A stretch of 62,397 bases of DNA, the filler included. It is 4 parts of 4 records of this genome, joined end to end, with 100 filler letters (N's around TTAATTAATTAA, not from the genome) between each part and the next. Parts side by side here need not be neighbours in the genome. Positions count along the whole stretch, not along the records: positions 1 to 29,568 come from SRR31156797_153; positions 29,669 to 42,223 come from SRR31156797_161; 2 more parts are not named here. The stretch is one strand, 5' to 3'. Shown here piece after piece: positions 24,326 through 34,284 of the stretch; positions within the stretch are counted from its first letter, which is position 1, and every line of letters begins with the position of its first letter. The notes beneath the pieces were generated by a model that was not told the origin of the DNA, searched no databases, and saw nothing but the letters and a program-made list of their open reading frames with translations. The position numbers and the translations under genes are program-made.

Positions 24326-25315
24326 ATGGATTTTTTACAAGAAGCCATTGCGGGGAATACATTTTCCCCGTCAAAAGGTGAAACATCAACGTTGCGCTGG
24401 TCTCGTCCGGCGCAAGGTATCATTGTGTTTGAGCCTAACCAGCCATGCGACAAAAGCGTGGTTATCTCTACCGCTATTCATGGTAATGAAACCGCACCTA
24501 TCGAAGTGGTTTCAGAGCTCGTTCAAGACTTTCTTGCTGAAAAACGTGAGCTGAACGTACGCCTTCTGGTTATTTTGGGTAATCTGGAAGCAATGCGTAC
24601 AGGTGATCGTTACCTTGAAGTAGATATGAACCGTCTATTTAGTGGTAAGCATGCCAATTACGATGAGTGTGAAGAGACTCGCCGTGCTGCTTTTATCGAG
24701 CAACAAGTCATCGAATTCTACGAGCAACAACCACAAACCGAGCGCGTTCACTTTGACCTGCACACTGCAAGAAAACCTTCTCACCACGTGAGATTTGGTC
24801 TGCTGCCTTATGTGGATTCAGGAAAGTACGAGCCGGAAATGATGGAATGGCTGCGAAAAGTGGGGCTGGAAGCGCTCGTTATCAACCATGCACCTGCGGC
24901 AACATTTAGCTATTTCAGCAGCCAAACCTGTGGCGCGCAAAGTTGTACGCTTGAGCTGGGTAAGGCACTGCCTTTTGGTGAAAACGACTTGTCTCAGTTT
25001 GTTGGCATTAAACAAGGCTTGATCGCTTTAACGACAGGCACGGAGTGTCCGGATAACAGCGCGGATGCGATGCCGGTGTACAAGGTAAGCCAAGAGCTGA
25101 CCAAGTTAACCGAGGCTTTTGAACTGAACTTCGCAGAAAGCGTGCAGAACTTTACGGCGTTTGATAAAGGTACTTTGTTAGCCAAAGATGGCGATACTGA
25201 ATACCACGTCAACCAAGCTCAAGAGTGGTTGATCTTCCCTAACAGTGGCGTTCGTCCAGGATTGCGTGCTGGGTTAATGCTGACCAGAACAGAACTTAGA
25301 GACTGGGTGGCTTAA
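24326..25315 (+). CDS. astE: Succinylglutamate desuccinylase
   Basis: IHGNETAP, DMNRLF, DLHTA, TLELG and GLRAGL motifs. Confidence 0.93.
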   Translation: MDFLQEAIAGNTFSPSKGETSTLRWSRPAQGIIVFEPNQPCDKSVVISTAIHGNETAPIEVVSELVQDFLAEKRELNVRLLVILGNLEAMRTGDRYLEVDMNRLFSGKHANYDECEETRRAAFIEQQVIEFYEQQPQTERVHFDLHTARKPSHHVRFGLLPYVDSGKYEPEMMEWLRKVGLEALVINHAPAATFSYFSSQTCGAQSCTLELGKALPFGENDLSQFVGIKQGLIALTTGTECPDNSADAMPVYKVSQELTKLTEAFELNFAESVQNFTAFDKGTLLAKDGDTEYHVNQAQEWLIFPNSGVRPGLRAGLMLTRTELRDWVA

Positions 25316-25331
25316 TATATTCACTTCATAA

Positions 25332-25369
25332 AAGCGCAATTTGTTGACTCAAATTAACAGGTTGCGCTT
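25332..25369 (+). terminator. Terminator-like hairpin after astE
   Basis: AAGCGCAATTTGTTGA...TTAACAGGTTGCGCTT. Confidence 0.55.
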
Positions 25370-25529
25370 ACTTTCTCTCCAGATGCCCCTCTTACTTATA
25401 GACATAGGAAAGTCCATTCTTTTCTCAAATCTTATCTTTGCCCATTGAATTGATATGAAAATAGTTGCTTTATTTAATCCAAATTTAAACATGTACTAGG
25501 TTTTATTCACCGTATGGAGCGGCCTGTAA

Positions 25530-25880
25530 ATGGACTATGAATCGAAACTAAAGCTTGCCCACGCTGAAACATCACTGAAAGGTGTTTGGCAATCCAACTC
25601 AAACCCTCCGATCTTTCAGTTAATGAAGAGAATGGGATTCAGAGTTCCACCCCCGTATTACCAGAGCGTTAAGTTAAACTTCATCATCAGTTTCGGTTAT
25701 TTTACGCCGATCTTTGGGTTGATAAATGGGTTAGTGTCAGAACAACCTGTCCCAACGGTTATCAAAACAGCCGTTTCAGCCGGACTTATATTCGCTGTTT
25801 TTACTGCAAGTTTTTACTATGTTCGTCAAAAGCAGTTAAACCTAACGAAATGGAATGATTTGAAGGATAAAGTCAAATAG
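25530..25880 (+). CDS. Small membrane protein (DUF6404-like)
   Basis: SNSNPP...VPPPYY signature and two TM helices. Confidence 0.6.
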   Translation: MDYESKLKLAHAETSLKGVWQSNSNPPIFQLMKRMGFRVPPPYYQSVKLNFIISFGYFTPIFGLINGLVSEQPVPTVIKTAVSAGLIFAVFTASFYYVRQKQLNLTKWNDLKDKVK

Positions 25881-25890
25881 CGCTTTTAAT

Positions 25891-26373
25891 TTACCACTCA
25901 ATTTCAATCGGGGTTCCGATTCGAACTAACCCGAGGAATTCATCCATTTCTTCATTAGTCAAAGCGATGCAACCATTCGTCCAGTCAAAGCTTTGGATGA
26001 ACTGAGGGTCGCCGTCAAAACCATCTTTCAAACCATGAACTTTAATCTCTCCGCCTGGATCAATGTTCGCAGCTTGAGCGCGAAGCTTATCGCGTAGGTT
26101 GGGATAGCTGATATGCATAGAACGGTGAAATGCGGAATCGCGAGTCACGTAATCGAGATAGTAACGTCCTTCAGGAGTGCGTTGGTCACCTTCCTGTTGC
26201 TTATGACCTTTGGGCGATTTACCTAAAGCAATACGATACTCTTTGATCACTTCGCCTTGCTCAATCAGATACATGCGACGTTTAGATTTATCGACTTTCA
26301 CAAGATCAACTTTTGCAAAAGTAGAGCTTGTAAACAACAAGGTTAGCAATAATAAAAACGGTCGATACATCAT
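25891..26373 (-). CDS. L,D-transpeptidase (YkuD family)
   Basis: EGDQRTPEG, HG and WTNGCIAL catalytic motifs. Confidence 0.9.
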   Translation of the reverse strand: MMYRPFLLLLTLLFTSSTFAKVDLVKVDKSKRRMYLIEQGEVIKEYRIALGKSPKGHKQQEGDQRTPEGRYYLDYVTRDSAFHRSMHISYPNLRDKLRAQAANIDPGGEIKVHGLKDGFDGDPQFIQSFDWTNGCIALTNEEMDEFLGLVRIGTPIEIEW

Positions 26374-26504
26374 AATTATAATCAGCGAAATGGTGACTCA
26401 TTATTACCTGAATCACCACAGTTCACCAAATAGTCATTTTCTATATCAAACGTTTTTTCAACAAGGCTCAATACATCAATGTGTTAGCTGTTAGCAAAAT
26501 TATT

Positions 26505-27410
26505 TTAGTGACGAATTTTATGAATAATTTCCATAACAGCCACGACAATCAGGCCCGCCACAACGCCAATTGCACCATTCATCAAAGCTGGCACAATAGC
26601 ATTAATCAATGACAGGTTAGGTAGTTGCATGATGATGGGTTCAATCCAGTGATGAACTGCCGGAACGTTATGCACCACAATACCACCGCCAACTAAGAAC
26701 ATAGCAGCAGTCCCCACCACGGTTAACGTTTTCATTAGCTTAGGCGCAAAAGCAACAAGTGCACTACCCAGTTTCGCCAACAGCCCCTTACCCTGCGATT
26801 TACGTTCCAGATAAAAGCCCAAGTCATCCAGTTTCACAATACCTGCTACCAAACCATACACCCCCGCGGTCATGATGGTAGCAATCAAACTAACAACCAG
26901 AATCTGCGTCGCGGTTTGTTGGCCTTGCACTGTGCCTAAGGCGATAACAATAATTTCAGCCGACAAGATGAAATCGGTCCGAATCGCGCCTTTTATTTTT
27001 TTCTGCTCATACTCTTCAATCGTTAGCGTGTTGATCTCTTCTAAAGCCTCGTCTGGCTTCTTTTCTGACGGAGAATGAAACAACTTCTCCAGTACCTTCT
27101 CTGCACCTTCGAAACATAGAAACAACCCGCCTAATAACAGCGCAGGCATAATAAGCCAAGAAGCAAACGCACTGATGATTAATGCCGCTGGGACTAATAT
27201 CAGCTTATTTCGAAACGAACCTTTTGCCACCGCCCAAACAACCGGGATCTCTCGCTCCGCCGCAACGCCCGAGACCTGTTGAGCGTTTAACGCGAGATCA
27301 TCGCCCAAAACGCCTGCGGTTTTCTTTGCCGCCACTTTAGACATCACTGCAACATCATCTAATACCGTCGCGATATCGTCTAACAAGGTTAATAAACTCG
27401 CACCTGCCAT
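26505..27410 (-). CDS. DUF808 / YedI-like membrane protein
   Basis: MAGASLLTLLDDIA, GVLGDDLALNA and RTDFILSAEI. Confidence 0.88.
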   Translation of the reverse strand: MAGASLLTLLDDIATVLDDVAVMSKVAAKKTAGVLGDDLALNAQQVSGVAAEREIPVVWAVAKGSFRNKLILVPAALIISAFASWLIMPALLLGGLFLCFEGAEKVLEKLFHSPSEKKPDEALEEINTLTIEEYEQKKIKGAIRTDFILSAEIIVIALGTVQGQQTATQILVVSLIATIMTAGVYGLVAGIVKLDDLGFYLERKSQGKGLLAKLGSALVAFAPKLMKTLTVVGTAAMFLVGGGIVVHNVPAVHHWIEPIIMQLPNLSLINAIVPALMNGAIGVVAGLIVVAVMEIIHKIRH

Positions 27411-27586
27411 CTTTGATTCTCTTTTTATTATGCTGAAACAAAATGTAACACCATCTTAGCTGGATGGTCAGTGAAAACTGAAAGGATGCTGTTAAAAATC
27501 ACTCGAACATTGCTACAAAACGCTGAACAGCATAAGATCACCTTCTGCTTTAAGGGTCTAATGACTCCCTTCAATTAAGGACAACC

Positions 27587-28504
27587 ATGAAAAGCTCACA
27601 TACCTACCCTATCGGAACCCCTGGCCAAAAATGGGGCGAACAAGAACGTCAACAATGGCGCGCAACCACAACCATTAAACGTGAATACCAGCAGGAAGTG
27701 GTGCCTAAGATACAAGCACTGACCCGTGATTTTACTGTCGAGCAGTACGGTGCGCTTTCTTACGATGAGCAGCGTTATCCTCTATTTTGTGTCAAAAGCA
27801 AACACTGGCAGCAAGACAAACCAACCATACTCATCACAGGCGGTGTACACGGCTACGAGACCAGTGGTGTACACGGTGCGCTCAAGTTTTTGGCTACCGA
27901 AGCAAAACGTTACGAGCAAGCATTCAATATCGTTGCAGCGCCTTGTGTCAGCCCTTGGGGATACGAAACCATTAACCGTTGGAACCCAAATGCTATTGAC
28001 CCTAACCGTTCATTCTATGCGGATAGTCCGGCTGAAGAGTCTGCGAATCTGATGGCACTTGTCGCAAGCCTGCCGAATGAACCGCTTATTCATATCGACT
28101 TACATGAAACGACTGACACTGACGAGTCAGAATTCCGCCCAGCATTAGCAGCGCGAGACGGTATCGAGTACGCGGAAGATTCCATTCCTGACGGCTTTTA
28201 TACAGTCGGCGATACTGAAGCCCCTCAACTTGAGTTTCAGGCAGCGGTTATCTCATCGGTAGAGAAAGTCACCCACATCGCTCCTGCTGATGAAAGCGGA
28301 CAGATTATCGGTTCTGACGTTGTACAAAAAGGTGTGATTCTTTACCCAATGAAAAAGCTAGGACTGTGTGGCGGAGTAACGAATTGCCAATACGGGACAA
28401 CCACGGAAGTATACCCCGACAGCCCGAAAGTCACGGACGAAGAGTGTAATGATGCACAAGTGGCCGCTATTGTTGGCGCTCTGGACTACGTAATAACTCA
28501 ATAA
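27587..28504 (+). CDS. M14-family metallocarboxypeptidase
   Basis: GGVHGYETSG, DPNRSF, DLHET and TTTEVYPD motifs. Confidence 0.85.
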   Translation: MKSSHTYPIGTPGQKWGEQERQQWRATTTIKREYQQEVVPKIQALTRDFTVEQYGALSYDEQRYPLFCVKSKHWQQDKPTILITGGVHGYETSGVHGALKFLATEAKRYEQAFNIVAAPCVSPWGYETINRWNPNAIDPNRSFYADSPAEESANLMALVASLPNEPLIHIDLHETTDTDESEFRPALAARDGIEYAEDSIPDGFYTVGDTEAPQLEFQAAVISSVEKVTHIAPADESGQIIGSDVVQKGVILYPMKKLGLCGGVTNCQYGTTTEVYPDSPKVTDEECNDAQVAAIVGALDYVITQ

Positions 28505-28600
28505 TTACTATGGAAAATCGTCATGGTTAGGGTGATTTAATTTGACCTAAGCCTGTTGATTGTTAAGACTAGCAGGATAACAATTACCGTCGAGGCTATT

Positions 28601-29251
28601 ATGATTATCCTGCACCATCTTGTTCAATCCCGCTCATACAGAATTGCCTGGTTATTGGAAGCATTGAATCTTCCTTATGAGGTTAAAGTTTACGACCGTG
28701 ACCCTAAAACTTATGGTGCACCTCAATCCCTAAAACAAATTGATCCACTCGGAAAATCTCCGGTCATTACCGATGGTGAGCTGGTCATTGCTGAATCGGG
28801 CGCCATCATCGAATATCTCATTGATACTTACGATACTGAACAACAGTTCAAACCCAAACAAGGCAAAGCGTTATTAGATTACCGCTACTGGCTGCACTTT
28901 GCCGAAGGTTCGATGATGCCATTATTGGTGATGCGCTTAGTGCTATCAAAATCGATAGAAAAACCCATGCCATTTTTCATTAAACCAATCATTAAAAAGT
29001 TCGTTCAGGCTCTGAACCAACATTTCATTGACCCAAGACTCATTCCGCAACTGGAACTGGTAGAGAAACACCTCTCAACCAACCAATGGTTTGCTGGAGA
29101 CCAACTCTCAGGTGCTGATTTTCAGATGATGCTCGCTCTTCAGTTAGCTGGCACTCGTTGTGATATGTCGCCTTATCACCACATTAAACAGTACATGGAA
29201 CAAGTCGAACAATTAGAAAGTTTCCAGAAAGCGATGAAGAAGCTCGGCTAA
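28601..29251 (+). CDS. Glutathione S-transferase
   Basis: SRSYRIAWLLE, PLGKSPV and ESGAIIEYL; start set at the ATG after a GAGG RBS. Confidence 0.9.
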   Translation: MIILHHLVQSRSYRIAWLLEALNLPYEVKVYDRDPKTYGAPQSLKQIDPLGKSPVITDGELVIAESGAIIEYLIDTYDTEQQFKPKQGKALLDYRYWLHFAEGSMMPLLVMRLVLSKSIEKPMPFFIKPIIKKFVQALNQHFIDPRLIPQLELVEKHLSTNQWFAGDQLSGADFQMMLALQLAGTRCDMSPYHHIKQYMEQVEQLESFQKAMKKLG

Positions 29252-29532
29252 AATTAAGCTTATAGAACGTGGTGCTTATATTGCTCTGGGTAGTATGCCT
29301 GGAGCAATATGAGAACGTTGCAATAAACGCTATTCTTCTTCCGTTCCCTCTGCGTTCATTTCAAGATCACAAGTTCGTCAATATAAAACGGCTCCCTCTC
29401 ACCAAGACCGTGATTCAAAACTCAAATTTAACTCACACTTGCCAAATAAGCCTATTGCCCCAAGCTATAGTCAACACATAGGGTACTGAGTAATATTAAC
29501 TTTACCGAAAAGCCTCAACTAAGCATCAAATA

Positions 29533-29568
29533 TATACTCAAGTGACCTCAAAATGCAGCATTCAGAGC
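29533..29568. repeat. Probable start of an ERIC-like Vibrio intergenic repeat at the contig end
   Basis: TATACTCAAGTGACCTCAAAATGCAGCATTCAGAGC resembles, from memory, ERIC-type repeat termini and sits at the assembly break. Confidence 0.4.
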
Positions 29569-29668
29569 NNNNNNNNNNNNNNNNNNNNNNNNNNNNNNNN
29601 NNNNNNNNNNNNTTAATTAATTAANNNNNNNNNNNNNNNNNNNNNNNNNNNNNNNNNNNNNNNNNNNN
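29569..29668. other. Artificial contig linker
   Basis: N44-TTAATTAATTAA-N44; the core has stops in all six frames. Confidence 0.98.
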
Positions 29669-30301
29669 TCTAGTTCCTATACGAATTATTTCTACATGAG
29701 GAATAGCACTGATTTGTTCCAGTAGCCAGTCAAGTTTTTCATCAGGAAGCATCAGTGGATCACCACCAGATAGTAATACATCTCTTACGTGAGGTGTTGA
29801 TTTGATATATTCTATTCCTTTGTTTAACTGGTTATTGGATGGAACAAAGTCAACATCTCCCACTTTTCTTTTTCTGGTGCAATGACGGCAATACATAGAG
29901 CAAATGTTGCTGACGTGAAATAGAACACGATCCGGGTATCGGTGTGTTATTCCTTCAACCGGGCTATCTTTGTCTTCTGATAAAGGATCTTCTAATTCTG
30001 ATTTTAAAGTAATCAGCTCATCAACACTTCCAAAAGCCTGTTTAAATACAGGGTCATTTCTAAAGTTTTCTTTATCAATAAGAGACAGGTAGTAAGGTGT
30101 TATTGAGAGAGGAAATTTATCAAAGGTTGTTTTTAGATCCTTTTTTTCTTTCTCTGAAAATCGGATGCCAGTTAGATACTCAAACTTGTCCAGTGTACGT
30201 ATTGAGTTTCTTAGTTGCCATCTCCAGTCTTTCCAGTTTGATACCTGAGGTTCGTCTTGAATTTTGTTAGCAATTTCTTTCTGTGCATTGTTGTAAATCA
30301 T
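29669..30301 (-). CDS. kamA: KamA-family radical SAM enzyme (lysine 2,3-aminomutase-like), truncated by the contig end
   Basis: WKDWRWQL, THRYPDRVL, CSMYCRHCTRKR and LLSGGDPL. Confidence 0.88.
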
Positions 30302-30804
30302 CTCCGTATGCTTTTATATTCAGTGTTCTCTTATTTATTAAGAATGAAGGGTGAAGTTAGATTTCAACTTCAAAGGGTTTATTAAATACTATTTAAAATT
30401 ACTTTAAGAGTAGCTTTAGGAATAGCAGTTATTTAAATAGTTTCTGTGCGAACAAAGTTATTCATTATTTGAAACACAGCCAAATTGAAATCTCAAAAGA
30501 TTAGGTGTTTCAATGAATAGTTTCCAAAAGATTATATTTGTAAGTGTCATAAAATAAGGATTTAAGGGTTTGGTTCGTTTAGGAGGGAGATGGTTTTAAA
30601 TTTCAATAAACTAGAATGTTTTTAAATAAGAATTTCATGCTATGTAAAAGTAACGTTAGAATATTCTTATAGAAATAATATGGTGTATGTAGTGATTGAG
30701 TATTGAAATACTGTTTTTATAAACATGTTATTTTGTTTGATGGAATGTGTTGTTTAATAATGAATTATATCCATTTTTGTAACACTAACTATTCTCACAT
30801 ATTT

Positions 30805-31536
30805 ATGATGCTTAAAAAACTCTTATTGCTGTTGGTTATAGCTTTTTTTGTCAACTTTTATGCTGTAGGTCAAATTGAAAATGATGTAAAACAATGGGTA
30901 GATGAGGTTTCTGGTGAACTATCAAGTGTAACGGAGTTTGCTGCCCTAATCAATTATAAATTTTCTGATGATACTGAAAAAATTGGAGCTATTTATTATT
31001 GGATGGCAAACAATATCAGTTTTAATACAAAAGCATATTTCTCTAAAAACAAAAAGACTACCTATAATTTTAGGTATAGAAGTAGGGAAGAGATGGATAT
31101 GAAAATTCAGAAAATAGATAATGAGATTGTAGATAGGGTTTTTAAGAAGAAAATTGGTTTGTCAAGAGAGTATGCCTTGCTGTTTAAAAAGTTGTGCAAT
31201 AATTCAGGAATTCAATGTGAGGTAGTTGAAGGTTTTATAGAAAAACCATTAAAGTTGAGTAGTAAGAAAGCATTAAAAGGAAAAACGAAGCATGCTTGGA
31301 ATGCAGTATGCATTAATAATGATTGGTATGCAATTGATGTAAGCCTTGCTGCCGGAAAAATAGAAAAGGATAAAAAGAAGTTTATTTCAGCCTATTGTGA
31401 AAGTTACTATTTATATCAATTAAATAATCTGTTAAGCGCATATTACCCAAGGAAAAAAAACTGGACTGCCAAATTAAAGCCTGAAATACCCGTCCCAATG
31501 ATTAATTTGAGTAATCAGGATATCGTATCTAATTAA
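30805..31536 (+). CDS. Secreted transglutaminase-like protein
   Basis: Signal peptide, AIYYWMANNI, HAWNAV and WYAID; the expected catalytic Cys position reads GLSREYA. Confidence 0.7.
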   Translation: MMLKKLLLLLVIAFFVNFYAVGQIENDVKQWVDEVSGELSSVTEFAALINYKFSDDTEKIGAIYYWMANNISFNTKAYFSKNKKTTYNFRYRSREEMDMKIQKIDNEIVDRVFKKKIGLSREYALLFKKLCNNSGIQCEVVEGFIEKPLKLSSKKALKGKTKHAWNAVCINNDWYAIDVSLAAGKIEKDKKKFISAYCESYYLYQLNNLLSAYYPRKKNWTAKLKPEIPVPMINLSNQDIVSN

Positions 31537-32479
31537 GAACAAAATGATAAGTAATGGTTCCTTTTTGAAAGGCAGCTGCATTAGGATCGGAATTAAAACG
31601 TGCTTTTTTAGCGGCTTCAATGGCGGCTTTTTTAAGTGTTGAATTTTGTGTGGTAGATCCCTTTAATTGATACTCTGCACTAACAACTTGTCCGTATTTA
31701 TTAACCGTTACCTGAACTACTACAATTCCTTCTTCCTGAATGCTATATTGGGGTTGTGGTAGTGCGCCAACTAGTGATCTTCCGGTCAATGAAAAACCGT
31801 TACCTGAATTGCCCAATCCGCTTCCGCTTCTGTTTTTACTGTTTGGATCTCCGGTAACATACCCTTGATTTCCAGTTCCTCCTGCATCACCTTCAGAGGA
31901 ACTGGAGCTGTTTGATTTACCAAAAGCATTTCCAACTTTATTGCGCGCTTCATCAGCAATACGTTGTTGCTCTTCCTGTTTTTTACGTTCTTCTTCTAAT
32001 TTGCGTTGTTTCTCTAATTCAGCCTGTCGTTTAGCTTCTGCCTCAGCTTTCGCTTTTCTATCAGCCTCTTCCTGCTTTTTTCTTTCTTCCTCCAGTTGTT
32101 TTTTGCGTGCTTCAGCTTCTCTTTGTTTTTTTAACTCTTCTTCTTTTTCCTTTTGTTTTTCTTCTGCACTTTTTATTTCAGGAGATTCGTCATCGTAATC
32201 TTGTGTTTTAATCGATTCTTCAGTTTTAGGAGCTTCCTGTTCCTGTACTGGAGGAGGCGTTGTTTCCTGAGGTTCTGATGGTGTTGGTTGAGCAGATGAT
32301 TTAGGAGGTTCAATAGATCCTAAACCGGTTTCAACATTCCCCAGGTTAACTAATACACCTTCTTCTTCCTGAGGTAGGGTAGACAATCCATAGAATAGTA
32401 ACAACAATAAAACGAGTACATGAAAAATAATTGATCCAATAACTCCTTGCTTATTATATTTTTTTTCTACTCTATCCAT
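31529..32479 (-). CDS. TonB/TolA-like energy transducer
   Basis: N-terminal TM, Pro-rich and EK-rich linker, TonB C-terminal domain (EEGIVVVQVTVNKYGQV). Confidence 0.85.
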   Translation of the reverse strand: MDRVEKKYNKQGVIGSIIFHVLVLLLLLFYGLSTLPQEEEGVLVNLGNVETGLGSIEPPKSSAQPTPSEPQETTPPPVQEQEAPKTEESIKTQDYDDESPEIKSAEEKQKEKEEELKKQREAEARKKQLEEERKKQEEADRKAKAEAEAKRQAELEKQRKLEEERKKQEEQQRIADEARNKVGNAFGKSNSSSSSEGDAGGTGNQGYVTGDPNSKNRSGSGLGNSGNGFSLTGRSLVGALPQPQYSIQEEGIVVVQVTVNKYGQVVSAEYQLKGSTTQNSTLKKAAIEAAKKARFNSDPNAAAFQKGTITYHFVLN

Positions 32480-32480
32480 C

Positions 32481-32876
32481 TTATTTAGGTTGTGTAGCTA
32501 GTATAAGTTTGTATTTGTTTTTTATGGCAATATCTCTGATTTTACCTACTATAGAAAACGGTACGGATTCATCTACGTGCAATGCGATGTAAGTTTCCGG
32601 CTCAGCATCCATTATTTCTTTCAAACGTCGTTCCAATCTCCAAAAGGAAACTTCATCTCCTTCAATAAAATATTTTAAATCTTTAGTTACAGATATGGTA
32701 GTGTTGGGTTTAGCCGAAACCTGGTGGTCACTTTTAGGAAGTGTCAAATCTTTTCGGGCAGGAGGCGTAACCATAGTAGATGTAATCATGAAAAATATGA
32801 GCAACAGAAAGACAATATCTGTCATACTTGACATGCTAAATCCTGATTCTACTTTACTACGTTTTTTTAAGCCCAT
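32481..32876 (-). CDS. exbD: ExbD/TolR family protein
   Basis: SMTDIVFLLLIFFMITST. Confidence 0.9.
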   Translation of the reverse strand: MGLKKRSKVESGFSMSSMTDIVFLLLIFFMITSTMVTPPARKDLTLPKSDHQVSAKPNTTISVTKDLKYFIEGDEVSFWRLERRLKEIMDAEPETYIALHVDESVPFSIVGKIRDIAIKNKYKLILATQPK

Positions 32877-32983
32877 TTTATATAGTATCTAAAGTTTTTA
32901 AAGTTGAAAGTTTATAAAACTATGAATCTTTAGTTGAGATTACTATTGTATTCTAATTGATTTCAACATCACAACTTCTGTTC

Positions 32984-33373
32984 TTATTTAATATCTAATA
33001 CTACTTTAATTTGATTCGATTCTGCAATGTCAAGCAGCTTAGCCACGCTTCCGGTAGGTGCATTTTTATCCGTTCGCAGTTTTATATAGGTTTTGTCTGT
33101 GCTTTTAAATTGATTTAGTAAGCTGACTTCCAATCCGCTTTCGTTTATACGCTTGTTATCTACATAAAAATTACCAGCAGAAGAAACGCGAGCATTTATA
33201 AACTTCTCGATTACAACCTTTTTAGTGGCTTGTTTTGGAATCAAAAGCTTAATGGCATTAGGATGAACCATAGTGGATGTAATCATGAAAAAAATAAGCA
33301 ATAGAAATACAATATCAGTCATACTCGACATACTGAAACTAGCACTTATTTTCGATCTTTTTTTTAAAGCCAT
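32984..33373 (-). CDS. exbD: ExbD/TolR family protein (second copy)
   Basis: SMTDIVFLLLIFFMITST. Confidence 0.9.
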   Translation of the reverse strand: MALKKRSKISASFSMSSMTDIVFLLLIFFMITSTMVHPNAIKLLIPKQATKKVVIEKFINARVSSAGNFYVDNKRINESGLEVSLLNQFKSTDKTYIKLRTDKNAPTGSVAKLLDIAESNQIKVVLDIK

Positions 33374-33484
33374 TCTTTTTAAGTTTGTTGGTCTTTGGTC
33401 ATAAGTAATTAGTCCAACTCGTTAGCCTTTAGTAAATTTGAGGTAGCCAGATTGACAATTGACAAATAAACTATTGACTACTTG

Positions 33485-34177
33485 TTACGCAGCTGGTTCA
33501 TTAAGTAAATCCATAAATTCCATGGTTCTAGCTTCTAATTTGAAAACCACTTTCTCTACGCGAGCAACCAAAAAGTTATAGGCAAAATATGCAATAATAC
33601 CAACTACCAATCCGGTAACAGTTGTAACCATCGCCGTATAAATTCCGGAAGAAAGCAGACTTACATCAATATTTGCTCCGGCATTTGCCATGTCGAAAAA
33701 TGCTTTAATCATTCCAATCACGGTTCCTAAAAAACCAATCATAGGTGCGCCTCCTGCAACAGTGGCCAAAGTAGGAAGTCCTTTTTCTAAGCGACTAATT
33801 TCAAGGTTTCCAACATTTTCAATGGCTGTATTTACATCTTGTAAAGGTCTACCGATACGACTAATTCCTTTTTCAATCATTCGGCTTACCGGATTATCCA
33901 CTTGCTGACACAAAGCATAAGCAGAATCTATCTTACCTTCATGAATATATTCTTTAATCTTATTCATAAAACTTAAATCTTCCGAAGCTGATTTTTTTAT
34001 GGCTAAGTATCTTTCAATAAAAATATAAACAGCAACAAAAGATAGAAGAATCAATGGAATCATAATCCATCCACCCTTGATAGCCATATCGATATAGTTC
34101 ATTTGATTTTCTACTGCTTCTGCAGTTAATTCTGCTGCTTCGCTTGTTACAGCCTGGGCAAATAAAATAGGATTCAT
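33485..34177 (-). CDS. exbB: ExbB/TolQ/MotA proton channel
   Basis: APMIGFLGTVIGM and AMVTTVTGL. Confidence 0.92.
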   Translation of the reverse strand: MNPILFAQAVTSEAAELTAEAVENQMNYIDMAIKGGWIMIPLILLSFVAVYIFIERYLAIKKSASEDLSFMNKIKEYIHEGKIDSAYALCQQVDNPVSRMIEKGISRIGRPLQDVNTAIENVGNLEISRLEKGLPTLATVAGGAPMIGFLGTVIGMIKAFFDMANAGANIDVSLLSSGIYTAMVTTVTGLVVGIIAYFAYNFLVARVEKVVFKLEARTMEFMDLLNEPAA

Positions 34178-34284
34178 GAATATGTATAGTTTGAAAATTA
34201 ACGATGTAAAAATATAAATTGTTTATGAAATGAAAACGTAAAACAAGAGAATAAAGTATTTTGAGTACAATGAAAACGTTTTTA

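Noticed and set aside
31941-32198. Repetitive Ser/Phe-rich ORF and apparent repeat tract
   Set aside because: It is the antisense shadow of the EK-rich coiled-coil linker of the TonB/TolA-like gene.
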